Below, piece after piece: positions 30,249 through 40,327 of a stretch of 53,582 nucleotides of DNA. Positions within the stretch are counted from its first letter, which is position 1; each line of letters begins with the position of its first letter. Source of the DNA: Prevotella sp. (GTDB lineage: Bacteria; Bacteroidota; Bacteroidia; Bacteroidales; Dysgonomonadaceae). Under the pieces are notes generated by a model. The model ran no database searches, was not told where the DNA came from, and saw only the letters and a list, made by a program, of their open reading frames with translations. The stretch spans positions 1 to 53,582 of the forward strand of contig JAITVV010000057.1 in NCBI GenBank assembly GCA_031285625.1, given 5' to 3'. The translations under genes were made by a program, and so were the position numbers.

Positions 30249-31373
30249 ATGAAGAAATCTTTTGTATTGCTTATAGCTGTTGCAGCATTGCTAGTGTCAT
30301 TTAAGCAAAAAGGCCCAATGGCAGATATGAAGTTGCCTATTGATAAAAATGCAACTAAGGAGACTGTGTTACTTTATACTAATTTACATAAGTCTTTAGA
30401 TAAAGGTATTATGGTTGGTCATCAGGATGCTCTGGCATATGGACACGGTTGGTATAAAGAGGATGGCCGTTCAGATATAAAAGATGTTACAGGTGATTAT
30501 CCTGCTGTAATAGGGTGGGAACTTGGACATGTGGAGATAGGAGCAGAGTATAACCTTGATTCAGTCTATTTCTCTGATATGAAGCGTTATATTAAGGAGA
30601 CTTATGACAGGGGAGGTATTACTACTGCCAGTTGGCATGGTGATAATATAGTGACAGGAAATACATCCTGGGACTGTGCTCAGGACTCTGTGGTAAGAAC
30701 AATCCTGCCTAATGGTTCCAATCATGTAAAATATCTTACCTGGCTCAACCGTGTAGCAGACTTTTTCTTAGACCTGAAAGACGATAACGGCAACCTTATT
30801 CCTGTAATATTCCGTATGTATCATGAGCATACCGGAGCATGGTTCTGGTGGGGCAGTAAACAATGCACTCCGGAGGAATATAAGCAATTGTGGATTATGA
30901 CAGTTGAGCACTTACGGGACAAAAAGAATGTCCATAATTTATTATATGCATATTCTCCATCAGAGACTGGTAACGAGGCCCATTTTTTAGAGCGCTATCC
31001 TGGAGATGAATATGTAGATATAGTTGGCTATGATTGCTATGTTCCCGGAAAAGATGCTGAATCGGTAGCTAAATACAAGGAGGCAATGGATCGTAATCTT
31101 AAGATTGTAACAGGTTATGCTGCCAAGTCTGGGAAAATACCTGTAATAGGGGAGACAGGAATGGAATCCATGCCTGATCCGGCATATTTTACACAAGCCG
31201 TATATCCGGTAATAAATCAATATAAAATAGCATGGATCTTATTCTGGCGTAATGCGTGGGAAAGTGATAAACCGGATCACTTCTATGCACCATATAAAGG
31301 ACACTCTTCATCTGATGATTTCATAGAATTTGTAGCTAAGCCTACTATTTTGATGAACGCAGATATAAAATAG
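30249..31373 (+). CDS. GH26 beta-mannanase
   Basis: Signal peptide; motifs GHQD, RMYHE..G.WFWWG, YPGDEYVD and GETG. Confidence 0.93.
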   Translation: MKKSFVLLIAVAALLVSFKQKGPMADMKLPIDKNATKETVLLYTNLHKSLDKGIMVGHQDALAYGHGWYKEDGRSDIKDVTGDYPAVIGWELGHVEIGAEYNLDSVYFSDMKRYIKETYDRGGITTASWHGDNIVTGNTSWDCAQDSVVRTILPNGSNHVKYLTWLNRVADFFLDLKDDNGNLIPVIFRMYHEHTGAWFWWGSKQCTPEEYKQLWIMTVEHLRDKKNVHNLLYAYSPSETGNEAHFLERYPGDEYVDIVGYDCYVPGKDAESVAKYKEAMDRNLKIVTGYAAKSGKIPVIGETGMESMPDPAYFTQAVYPVINQYKIAWILFWRNAWESDKPDHFYAPYKGHSSSDDFIEFVAKPTILMNADIK

Positions 31374-31398
31374 ATTGTTTGATTTTTTAGGGTTATTT

Positions 31399-31430
31399 GG
31401 GGCAGAGTGATTTATTCTGCCCTGATTTTG
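31399..31430 (+). terminator. Probable terminator of the mannan operon
   Basis: GGGCAGAGT/ATTCTGCCC stem. Confidence 0.55.
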
Positions 31431-31742
31431 TTAAAATCTAGAAGAAAGTTGCAATTGTAACTTTTACTTTATACATTTGTAAGTGTAAAACGCTTGTTTC
31501 AGATTATCAGATTTCAAAATCAACAGAAAGTATTATCAAAATATTTTGAGAATTTATTGAACAAATTCACGTATTGGATTGTTGATAATTTATCATAGTG
31601 TTTTCGTGACGCAATGTTTGTTTGACTCATTTATAGCTGAGAATATTAGACATTTTGATTTATGGATTTAAATTACTTACGTCCTTTAAAGCAAATATAA
31701 AAATAAGTTCAAATATTTCAAACCCTAAAAAACAACAAACTG

Positions 31743-31967
31743 ATGATGAAAAATACTATTGGAATTAATGCAGGTGATATTTGGCAATTGTTGTCAACAA
31801 AAGGGCCCCTTTCTGTTCGACAGATAGGAGACTATACACACTATCGGGATTCGGCCATCCTTATTGCAGTAGGTTGGCTGTATAGAGAAAATAAAGTCCG
31901 TTTAATTGATAAAAATGGCTCTCTGTTTATCGAGCTAAACAATGTTTATACAGAGAATTATTACTGA
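31743..31967 (+). CDS. Small winged-helix protein (DUF2582-like)
   Basis: IGINAGDIWQLL...AVGWLYRENKV pattern. Confidence 0.8.
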   Translation: MMKNTIGINAGDIWQLLSTKGPLSVRQIGDYTHYRDSAILIAVGWLYRENKVRLIDKNGSLFIELNNVYTENYY

Positions 31968-32281
31968 CTAGATTATCTGATTGTTTGCAGACTGCACAAT
32001 TCTTCTTTTAATAAATGCCACTTCCTTTCTGATAAAGGCTTTTAGCCAAGAACTATAATAACCTCTTACTATTAACATATAATCTGCCTATCCTAAGTTT
32101 TTTTAGCCTCGAAAACTTTACTAACCAAACAAAAAGATTTACTTTTGTGTTGCATTTTTGATAGCTATAACTATTTGAATGTAAGTACTTATAAATATTA
32201 TTTATCTAAGTATAGATTGATCTTGTGTAAGTTTTTAAGAATCAATAAAATAAACCTATATATTAAACAATTTTATTAATC

Positions 32282-34168
32282 ATGGCTAATCAAAAAGAAA
32301 AGCTTTTCTCTAACTTTCCACCGGTATCTACCGAAGAGTGGATGGCAAAAATCACGGCTGACCTAAAAGGCGCTGATTTTGAGAAAAAACTTGTTTGGAG
32401 AACAAACGAAGGGTTCAATGTAAACCCTTTTTACAGAAGTGAGAATCTCGAAGGCCTGAAGACGGCCGATTCACTTCCCGGTGAATTTCCTTATGTGCGT
32501 GGTACCAAGAAAGATAATGACTGGTATACTCGTCAGGACATTGATGTTAATGATTTCAAGGCTGCTAATACAAAAGCTCTTGATATCCTTAACAAAGGTA
32601 TCACATCATTAGGTTTCCATATTGATGGAGATGATGTAAATGCTGAGAATGTCAAAACATTGTTAAAAGACATTCACCCTGAGGCTGTAGAATTAAACTT
32701 TAGTACATGTTACCGTAAATCTTTGGAATTAACTAAGATTCTGGTTGGATACATTAAAGAATCGGGTGCAGATGTAATGAAATGTTTCGGATCAGTTAGC
32801 TATGATCCTTTCAAACCTCTATTGAAAAAAGGACGTGATGCTGAAGGATGGGTAGAAAAAGCTGCCGAAATAGTAAAAGCTGCTGCCCCACTTCCTCGTT
32901 TCCGTGTATTGGCAGTAAATGCTCATGCATTAAGTGACGGTGGTGCATACAACTATCAGGAACTGGGTTATGCATTGGCAAATGGCAATCAATTGATGAG
33001 CGCATTGGTTGAAGCAGGATTGGATGCTGGATTAGTAGCAAAGAAAATCAAATTTAACTTTGGCATTGGAGGCAATTACTTTATGGAAATTGCAAAATTC
33101 CGTGCTGCACGCTGGTTGTGGGCTGAAATCGTTGAGGCATACAAACCAATTTGTCCGAACGACTGTCCAAACAAATCTCCGGAAGGTATTTGCCTGTGTG
33201 CAGCCAAGATATATGCACATGCTCAGACATCTACTTTCAACAAAACAGTATATGATGCGCATGTAAACTTACTGCGTACTCAGACTGAATCAATGTCGGC
33301 TACTATTGCCGGTATCAATTCATTAACAGTACGTCCGTTTGACGAAACTTATAAAACTCCGGATGATTTCTCAGAACGTATTGCCCGTAATCAGCAATTA
33401 TTGTTGAAAGAAGAATGTCATTTCGATAAAATAACTGACCCTTCAGCAGGTTCATATTATATTGAAAACCTTACAAAATCTATTGCTGAGCAGGCTTGGA
33501 AATTATTCTTGGAAACAGACGAAAAAGGTTTCTATGAAGCTCTTAAGGCTGGAACAGTACAGACAGTGGTTAAAGCTTCTGCTGATAACCGTTTCAAATC
33601 ATTGGCTACCCGTCGTGAAGTGCTATTGGGAACTAATCAGTATCCTAATTTCACTGAAAAAGCTGAAAGTAAAATTGTAGAAAAAGAAGCTTGTGGATGT
33701 GGATGCGGTAAGGATGCTCCATATATGCCATTACCAACAGACCGTTTAGGTACTGCTTTCGAAGCGCTTCGTCTGGCAACAGAGAAACATGGTGCTCCTA
33801 CAGTATTCATGCTTACTATCGGAAACTTAGGTATGCGTCTGGCACGTGCTCAGTTCTCTAGTAACTTCTTTGCATGTGCAGGGTATAAGATTATCGACAA
33901 TTTAGGTTTCGATACAGTTGAAGCTGGTGTGAAGGCTGCCCGTGAGAAAAAAGCTGATATTATTGTGCTTTGTTCCAGCGATGATGAATATACTACTTAT
34001 GCTCCTGAAGCTCACAAGTTAGTACAAGGTAAAGAGCATTTTGTAGTGGCTGGAGCTCCTGCAAGCATGGACGAACTAAAAGCTCAGGGAATCGAGCACT
34101 TCATTAATGTGAAGAGCAACGTTCTTGAGACACTGAGAATGTTCAATGCTAAACTGGGTATCGAATAA
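32282..34168 (+). CDS. mutA: Methylmalonyl-CoA mutase small (beta) subunit
   Basis: Motifs PGEFPYVRG, EIAKFRAAR, RIARNQQ, DPSAGSYYIE and LCSSDDEY; lacks the DxHxxG cobalamin motif. Confidence 0.95.
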   Translation: MANQKEKLFSNFPPVSTEEWMAKITADLKGADFEKKLVWRTNEGFNVNPFYRSENLEGLKTADSLPGEFPYVRGTKKDNDWYTRQDIDVNDFKAANTKALDILNKGITSLGFHIDGDDVNAENVKTLLKDIHPEAVELNFSTCYRKSLELTKILVGYIKESGADVMKCFGSVSYDPFKPLLKKGRDAEGWVEKAAEIVKAAAPLPRFRVLAVNAHALSDGGAYNYQELGYALANGNQLMSALVEAGLDAGLVAKKIKFNFGIGGNYFMEIAKFRAARWLWAEIVEAYKPICPNDCPNKSPEGICLCAAKIYAHAQTSTFNKTVYDAHVNLLRTQTESMSATIAGINSLTVRPFDETYKTPDDFSERIARNQQLLLKEECHFDKITDPSAGSYYIENLTKSIAEQAWKLFLETDEKGFYEALKAGTVQTVVKASADNRFKSLATRREVLLGTNQYPNFTEKAESKIVEKEACGCGCGKDAPYMPLPTDRLGTAFEALRLATEKHGAPTVFMLTIGNLGMRLARAQFSSNFFACAGYKIIDNLGFDTVEAGVKAAREKKADIIVLCSSDDEYTTYAPEAHKLVQGKEHFVVAGAPASMDELKAQGIEHFINVKSNVLETLRMFNAKLGIE

Positions 34169-34192
34169 TATATTATAACTCGGATTAAGAAA

Positions 34193-35092
34193 ATGGAAAC
34201 TAAACCAACACTGAAAGACTGGATAATTGCAGTACGGCCCTGGTCGTTTGCGGTATCCGCACTTCCTGCTTTTGTAGCTATGATGTATACAATACATACT
34301 CATCCCGAAAGTTCTGCTAATTGGGTATTGGGTGTAATTGCTATTATCGGCGCTGTTATTTTTCATGCAGGAGGTAACCTACTCAGCGATTACAACGACT
34401 ACAAATACGGAGTAGACAGAGATGGTAAAGTTGGAGCCACAACACTGACAAGCGGATTATTTACTCCAAAACAAATATTTGTTTATGGACGTATTTTTAT
34501 CTGTATTGGTATACTGATGGGCTTCTTTCTTGCACCGGTTGTAGGTTCAGGTCTTATCTGGATTGGTTTATTTGGTACTATAGGCGCTCTGTTTTATTAC
34601 CGTTTCAAGTTCAAGGCATTAGGTGACTTATTAATATTTCTGGTCTATGGTCCTACTATTATGTTGGGTACCGGCTATGTAATGTTAGGACACATCGATT
34701 GGACATTGCTTTTTGTTTCTTTCCCGATGGCATTTATTACTGTTAACGTGTTGCATGCCAATAATACACGTGACATTAGGAGTGACCGTTACGCGGAAAT
34801 CAAAACTTATGCAATGGTAATCGGTATGAAAGCATCTGTTGTTCATTATTACTTTTTAACTGCATTGGCATATGTAGCCATCGTAGTAATGGTTATTTTG
34901 AATACCCTGCCGCTTACAGCACTTATTACCTTGATTACGCTACCTGTAGCAATCAGGAACTGTAAGGCTATGTCGCAGGTTACAGAGGATGATGTTACCC
35001 CTATAAATGATTTGGATAAAGGAACAGCGCAATTGCAACTGATGTTCAGTGCATCATTGTCATTCGCTTTGATAATCGCCATTGTAATATGA
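34193..35092 (+). CDS. UbiA-superfamily naphthoquinone prenyltransferase (MenA/UBIAD1-like)
   Basis: Motifs RPWSF, NLLSDYNDYKYGVD, FKFKALGDLLIFLVYGP and LHANNTRDIRSD; about 8-9 TM helices. Confidence 0.85.
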   Translation: METKPTLKDWIIAVRPWSFAVSALPAFVAMMYTIHTHPESSANWVLGVIAIIGAVIFHAGGNLLSDYNDYKYGVDRDGKVGATTLTSGLFTPKQIFVYGRIFICIGILMGFFLAPVVGSGLIWIGLFGTIGALFYYRFKFKALGDLLIFLVYGPTIMLGTGYVMLGHIDWTLLFVSFPMAFITVNVLHANNTRDIRSDRYAEIKTYAMVIGMKASVVHYYFLTALAYVAIVVMVILNTLPLTALITLITLPVAIRNCKAMSQVTEDDVTPINDLDKGTAQLQLMFSASLSFALIIAIVI

Positions 35093-35706
35093 AGAAACTC
35101 GCAGGTGCAATCATAGTAGCAGCAATCTTCTGGTTTGTAATGTTCTCGCAGTGGACAAGCCCGCATATCAATTTCTGGTATGTAATGCTTGGTGCAGCCG
35201 GAACGCTTACAGCCCTGAGCCTTATATTCGGAAAAGACTGGAAACTACAGTTTTCTTTCAATATAAAGGATGTTGCTCTTGGTATTGGTTCTGCAATCGT
35301 ATTATGGGGTGTATTTTTTCTGGGTAATGAAATCTCGGGAATACTTTTCGATTTTGCCCATCCGCAGGTAAACGATGTATATGCCATGAAAGACGGGCAG
35401 AACAAATTGTTTCTTGCATTGGCTTTGTTATTCTGGATTGGCCCTGCCGAAGAAATTTTCTGGCGCGGATATGTTCAGCGTTCGTTAAGTGAAAGCAAAC
35501 TCGGAAGTATGAAAGCATATATTATTACAACACTTATCTATGCCGCCGTGCATATCTGGGCGTTCAACTTTATGCTTCTTATGGCCGCTTTGATTTGCGG
35601 AGCTTTCTGGGGTTTTATTTATATGAAAAACAGAAACCTGCTTACAGTACTTATATCCCATGCAATATGGGATGTAGCCGTTTTCATTCTATTTCCTATA
35701 TTGTAA
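35089..35706 (+). CDS. CPBP/Abi (Rce1-like CAAX) intramembrane glutamic protease
   Basis: Motifs EEIFWRG, YAAVH and SHAIWD; ATGA overlap with the prenyltransferase gene. Confidence 0.88.
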   Translation: MKKLAGAIIVAAIFWFVMFSQWTSPHINFWYVMLGAAGTLTALSLIFGKDWKLQFSFNIKDVALGIGSAIVLWGVFFLGNEISGILFDFAHPQVNDVYAMKDGQNKLFLALALLFWIGPAEEIFWRGYVQRSLSESKLGSMKAYIITTLIYAAVHIWAFNFMLLMAALICGAFWGFIYMKNRNLLTVLISHAIWDVAVFILFPIL

Positions 35707-35727
35707 ATAATCAAATAAAAAATAAAT

Positions 35728-37875
35728 ATGAAACCTAATTTCAAAAACATTGACATCAACAGTTCGGGCTTTGCTGCTACAGATGCTGCGAAATGGACTG
35801 CTGATAATGGTATAGAAGCCGATTGGATGACACCTGAGCTTATACCGGTTAAGTCTGTTTATACAAAAGAAGACCTCGAAGGTATGGAGCATCTGAACTA
35901 TGCTTCGGGTATTCCTCCGTTCCTGCGCGGGCCATACTCAGGTATGTATGCCATGCGTCCATGGACAATCCGCCAGTATGCAGGGTTTTCTACTGCTGCC
36001 GAATCGAATGCTTTCTACCGTCGTAACCTTGCTTCTGGACAGAAAGGCCTATCTGTAGCATTCGACCTTGCCACACACCGTGGATACGATGCCGACCACC
36101 CTCGTGTAGTAGGTGACGTTGGTAAAGCCGGGGTATCTATCTGCTCGGTAGAAGATATGAAAGTATTGTTCGAAGGTATTCCATTGAACCAGATGTCGGT
36201 ATCTATGACAATGAACGGCGCTGTACTTCCTGTACTTGCATTCTATATCAATGCCGGGCTTGAACAAGGTGCTAAACTGGAAGAAATGGCAGGAACAATA
36301 CAGAATGATATCCTGAAAGAATTCATGGTGCGTAATACATATATCTATCCACCTGAATTCTCCATGAAGATTATCGCTGATATCTTCGAATATACATCTC
36401 AGAAGATGCCTAAGTTCAACTCTATCTCTATTTCGGGCTACCACATGCAGGAAGCCGGAGCAACAGCTGATATCGAGTTGGCTTATACACTTGCCGATGG
36501 TATGGAATACCTGAAAGCAGGTATCGATGCAGGTATTGATGTGGATGCGTTTGCTCCTCGTCTGTCTTTCTTCTGGGCCATCGGTATGAACCACTTTATG
36601 GAAATCGCTAAAATGCGTGCCGGACGTCTGTTGTGGGCTAAGATTGTGAAGAGCTTCGGAGCTAAGAATCCTAAGTCTTTAGCGCTTCGTACACACTCTC
36701 AGACTTCAGGCTGGTCGCTGACCGAACAAGACCCATTCAACAATGTTGGACGTACTTGTATCGAAGCGATGGCTTCTGCACTTGGCCACACTCAGTCGTT
36801 ACATACAAATGCACTGGATGAGGCTATTGCATTGCCTACAGATTTCTCTGCACGTATCGCACGTAATACGCAGATATACATTCAGGAAGAGACTTATATC
36901 ACCAAGGAAATCGACCCTTGGGCTGGTTCTTACTATGTGGAAACGCTTACGAATGAGCTTGTACACAAAGCATGGGAACACATTCAGGAAATTCAGAAAC
37001 TGGGTGGTATGGCTAAGGCTATCGAAACAGGCCTTCCTAAAATGCGTATCGAAGAAGCTGCAGCCCGTACTCAGGCAAGAATTGACTCAGGTACCCAAAC
37101 AATTGTCGGCATCAATAAATATCGTCTTGAAAAAGAAGATCCAATTGATATTCTCGATGTGGATAATACAGAAGTACGCCGTCAGCAAATAGAACGTTTG
37201 AACGACCTGAAAGCGAAACGTGATAATGAAGCAGTGAAGAAAGCTCTGGCTGCTATCACAGAGTGTGTGAAAACTAAAAAAGGTAACCTGCTTGAACTTG
37301 CTGTTGAGGCAGCGCGCGTACGTGCGACTCTGGGAGAAATCTCGGATGCTTGTGAAGAAGTAGTAGGCCGTTATAAAGCAATAATCAGAACTATATCAGG
37401 CGTGTATTCATCAGAAAGTAAAAAAGACCCTACATTCCATGAAGCAAAAGAGCTTGTGGAACAATTTGCGAAGAAAGAAGGTCGTCAACCGCGTATTATG
37501 ATCGCTAAGATGGGGCAGGACGGACATGACCGTGGTGCGAAAGTTGTAGCTACAGGTTATGCTGACTGCGGATTCGATGTGGATATGGGACCATTGTTCC
37601 AAACGCCGGAAGAAGCCGCCCGCCAGGCTGTAGAAAATGATGTGAACGTTCTTGGGGTTTCATCCCTTGCTGCTGGTCACAAAACTCTTGTACCCCAGGT
37701 AATAGACGAACTGAAAAAACTTGGACGTGAGGATATCGTAGTAATTGCCGGTGGTGTAATCCCTGCGCAAGACTATGACTTCCTGTACAAAGCAGGTGTT
37801 GCTGCAATCTTTGGCCCTGGTACTTCGGTAACTAAGGCTGCCGTGCAGATTATGCAGATATTATTAGCTGATTAA
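35728..37875 (+). CDS. mutB: Methylmalonyl-CoA mutase large (alpha) subunit
   Basis: Motifs [18 protein letters not shown] and the B12-binding [10 protein letters not shown]. Confidence 0.97.
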   Translation: MKPNFKNIDINSSGFAATDAAKWTADNGIEADWMTPELIPVKSVYTKEDLEGMEHLNYASGIPPFLRGPYSGMYAMRPWTIRQYAGFSTAAESNAFYRRNLASGQKGLSVAFDLATHRGYDADHPRVVGDVGKAGVSICSVEDMKVLFEGIPLNQMSVSMTMNGAVLPVLAFYINAGLEQGAKLEEMAGTIQNDILKEFMVRNTYIYPPEFSMKIIADIFEYTSQKMPKFNSISISGYHMQEAGATADIELAYTLADGMEYLKAGIDAGIDVDAFAPRLSFFWAIGMNHFMEIAKMRAGRLLWAKIVKSFGAKNPKSLALRTHSQTSGWSLTEQDPFNNVGRTCIEAMASALGHTQSLHTNALDEAIALPTDFSARIARNTQIYIQEETYITKEIDPWAGSYYVETLTNELVHKAWEHIQEIQKLGGMAKAIETGLPKMRIEEAAARTQARIDSGTQTIVGINKYRLEKEDPIDILDVDNTEVRRQQIERLNDLKAKRDNEAVKKALAAITECVKTKKGNLLELAVEAARVRATLGEISDACEEVVGRYKAIIRTISGVYSSESKKDPTFHEAKELVEQFAKKEGRQPRIMIAKMGQDGHDRGAKVVATGYADCGFDVDMGPLFQTPEEAARQAVENDVNVLGVSSLAAGHKTLVPQVIDELKKLGREDIVVIAGGVIPAQDYDFLYKAGVAAIFGPGTSVTKAAVQIMQILLAD

Positions 37876-37899
37876 TTCAGGTAATTAAAATAAATAGAT

Positions 37900-37931
37900 A
37901 AGAAAGGTCATCTGTAAAGATGGCCTTTCTT
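37900..37931 (+). terminator. Intrinsic terminator of the mut operon
   Basis: AAGAAAGGTCATCT-GTAA-AGATGGCCTTTCTT. Confidence 0.8.
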
Positions 37932-37990
37932 GTTATGGGCAAATTTTATCTTTTTTATTTTGTACCTTTGTACTCCAAAAAAATAATCCG

Positions 37991-39040
37991 TTGAAAATAA
38001 GAAGAAATATAAGGAAAGATATTCTGAGTGTATTTGCTTTCCGTAAATCCGAAAGGCATTGGCACATACCTATTCTGGCCGGTGTTTCTGTAGGGATTCC
38101 TTTATTGTTTGGTTACTTGTTCGATAATTTGCCGAATGGCATACTGGCTAGTACATCGGGATTACTCATCCTGTATATCCGGTATGCTGCCATAGCAAAC
38201 AGAATGATAAACCTGATGATGTGTTCGTTTATATTCATCTTGTCATACTTCATTGGGGCTATCGGTGCTTTTAATATATTAGCTGCTCCTTTTATTCTTT
38301 CGGGCTATGTTTTTGTGCTTAATCTGCTTATTCGTTATTTCAAAGTTAAAGCGCCCGGCAACTTTTTCTTTATTCTGGTAGCATCGTTGGCTATTTGTCA
38401 GAGTTTCAATTTGTCAACTATCCCTGAACGTGTAGGGGTAATTACTTTAGGCACTATATCTACATGCGCTCTTGCATTTGCATATAGTATATTTACTATG
38501 AAAAATTATTCTCTGGCTGATGAAAAGGTTGTCTTTGAGAAAGCCAAAAAAGTAGATGTGGGTGAATCGGCAATACTTGCTTTATTTGTAGGCGGTTCTC
38601 TAATGGTGGCTACAATCCTCAAATTGCCAAACCCCTATTGGGTGCCGGTTTCGTGTGCTGCTGTAATGCAGGGTGTAACCCGCAGGCATATATGGGAACG
38701 GGGAATTAACCGGATAATCGGTACATTTATTGGCGCTGGATTTGCATGGTTCCTACTGGGTCTGAATATGTCGGGTCTGGCTATTTGTATAGCAATAATA
38801 TTACTTCAATTTATTGTAGAAGTATTGGTTGTCAGGCAATATGCTGTAGCTGTTATTTTTATTACTGCTCTGACTATCTTTTTGGCAGAAGGAGGAAATC
38901 CCGGACAGGCTGCTGAACAATCTTTGTATATTCGTTTCTTTGATATTATGCTGGGGTGTGTTATCGGAGTTATTGGAGGATGGATTCTTCATCATAACAG
39001 AATCAGGAGAAAACTGGAGGAGCATTCAATAACTACTTGA
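37991..39040 (+). CDS. FUSC-family membrane protein
   Basis: Motifs PYWVPVS and RIIGTFIG; multiple TM helices; TTG start. Confidence 0.8.
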   Translation: MKIRRNIRKDILSVFAFRKSERHWHIPILAGVSVGIPLLFGYLFDNLPNGILASTSGLLILYIRYAAIANRMINLMMCSFIFILSYFIGAIGAFNILAAPFILSGYVFVLNLLIRYFKVKAPGNFFFILVASLAICQSFNLSTIPERVGVITLGTISTCALAFAYSIFTMKNYSLADEKVVFEKAKKVDVGESAILALFVGGSLMVATILKLPNPYWVPVSCAAVMQGVTRRHIWERGINRIIGTFIGAGFAWFLLGLNMSGLAICIAIILLQFIVEVLVVRQYAVAVIFITALTIFLAEGGNPGQAAEQSLYIRFFDIMLGCVIGVIGGWILHHNRIRRKLEEHSITT

Positions 39041-39064
39041 AGAGTATATAGAAATAAATAAGCC

Positions 39065-39095
39065 AAATGCCTGCAATCATTTGTTACAGGCATTT
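39065..39095. terminator. Bidirectional terminator
   Basis: AAATGCCTG...CAGGCATTT between convergent genes. Confidence 0.65.
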
Positions 39096-39116
39096 AACAT
39101 AATTCTATTTTAATCA

Positions 39117-39557
39117 TTATCGTTTCTCAATACGAATAGAAGTAATGGAACAGCAATCAAGAACATCGGGAAAAGGTATTGGAGGGTAGCCCCTTTCTTG
39201 TGCAGTCTTTACCCAGTTATTCAGTGATTGGTTTACTTCATCACTTACAACAGCAATAGCAATCTCATAGAATCCTGTTTCCTTAGCTGTGCCAAGATAT
39301 ACGGAACATACCCATTGGTTGTTTTTAAGTGTCCGTTCTCCGTTTCCTTGTGGGTACCAACCTTCAAAACCTTCCAAATGAGCGAGAATCCATACATGTC
39401 CATTTGCAGGGACTTTAGCTTCCCCTCTCATTGGAAGCGGATATGCACTAACCTGTGATCCGGTCCTGTGAGAAGTAAAAGTAGTCTTATACTCCTGACC
39501 ATACATAAAGCTTAGCGAAATTATCGCTAAAAATAACATACTTAATTTCTTTTTCAT
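39117..39557 (-). CDS. Secreted beta-rich (Ig-like?) protein of unknown function
   Basis: Signal peptide; VWILAH..GWYPQG..WVCSVYLG pattern. Confidence 0.7.
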   Translation of the reverse strand: MKKKLSMLFLAIISLSFMYGQEYKTTFTSHRTGSQVSAYPLPMRGEAKVPANGHVWILAHLEGFEGWYPQGNGERTLKNNQWVCSVYLGTAKETGFYEIAIAVVSDEVNQSLNNWVKTAQERGYPPIPFPDVLDCCSITSIRIEKR

Positions 39558-39561
39558 AGCG

Positions 39562-40077
39562 TTAGTAGTTTAGCGATTTAAAAAACTCATTATAATAATT
39601 GATCTGTGTCTTAAAATCAGTAGAGCTTTCTATGGTTTCAATAAGGGTCTTGTCTTTTTGTTTTTCAGGGAGTAGAGTATAAGCCTTTTCAAATTTACTT
39701 AGAGCTTGAGGTACGGATTTTGTACTAGCTTTTCTGGCTTCATCTACAAGCTCCTTTATCTCATTCTTTGGTTTGGGGTCTTGGTCTTGCCCGGATTCAA
39801 AAACAGGAGGTTTTATCTCTATTTTCATACTGTCTGGTACTGGAGGAATGCGAGTAAGAACCTTTTCTGTAGTCAGTATACAAACGGTAACTAGGAGTAA
39901 GGCTATGGTGGTAATAACCATAATTGACTTTATAATGATCCTTTTCTTGCTGTTTTTGTTCAGTTCATTTTTCCTCCTTCTTCTTTCAAAAAGAAACAAG
40001 TATATGGTAATTAAGCTTGCAATGATAGTAAGCAGACAGGAAAAAACCGAGATGAACTGTATTAAATCAGCAGACAT
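39562..40077 (-). CDS. Two-TM membrane protein with Pro-rich linker and helical (TPR-like) C-terminus
   Basis: Two hydrophobic helices separated by ERRRKN..KKR; lies 4 bp upstream of the secreted gene. Confidence 0.65.
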   Translation of the reverse strand: MSADLIQFISVFSCLLTIIASLITIYLFLFERRRRKNELNKNSKKRIIIKSIMVITTIALLLVTVCILTTEKVLTRIPPVPDSMKIEIKPPVFESGQDQDPKPKNEIKELVDEARKASTKSVPQALSKFEKAYTLLPEKQKDKTLIETIESSTDFKTQINYYNEFFKSLNY

Positions 40078-40327
40078 GGCTTTTCGATTATTTATCTATA
40101 ATACAAAAACTTACCGACCTCAATTGAGATTGCAATTTAATCTTTTTTTGTTAAATTTACATTTTATCATCACTTATTTTATAAAATAATTTTATCTCTG
40201 ATAGATTCATATTCTTTCTTATTTTTTATCTATAAGTATAAGATTTAGAAATTATAATGTAAATTTGCGGTTTAATTGGGACTTGGCGCACAAAAGTAGT
40301 TGACGGGTTCTCTCGTCTATAAAATAT

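Noticed and set aside
31968-32281. Possible cobalamin riboswitch upstream of mutA (GCCACT and AGCCAAGA fragments)
   Set aside because: The conserved GGGAA/GGTG core and B12-box pairing are missing; the region is AT-rich.
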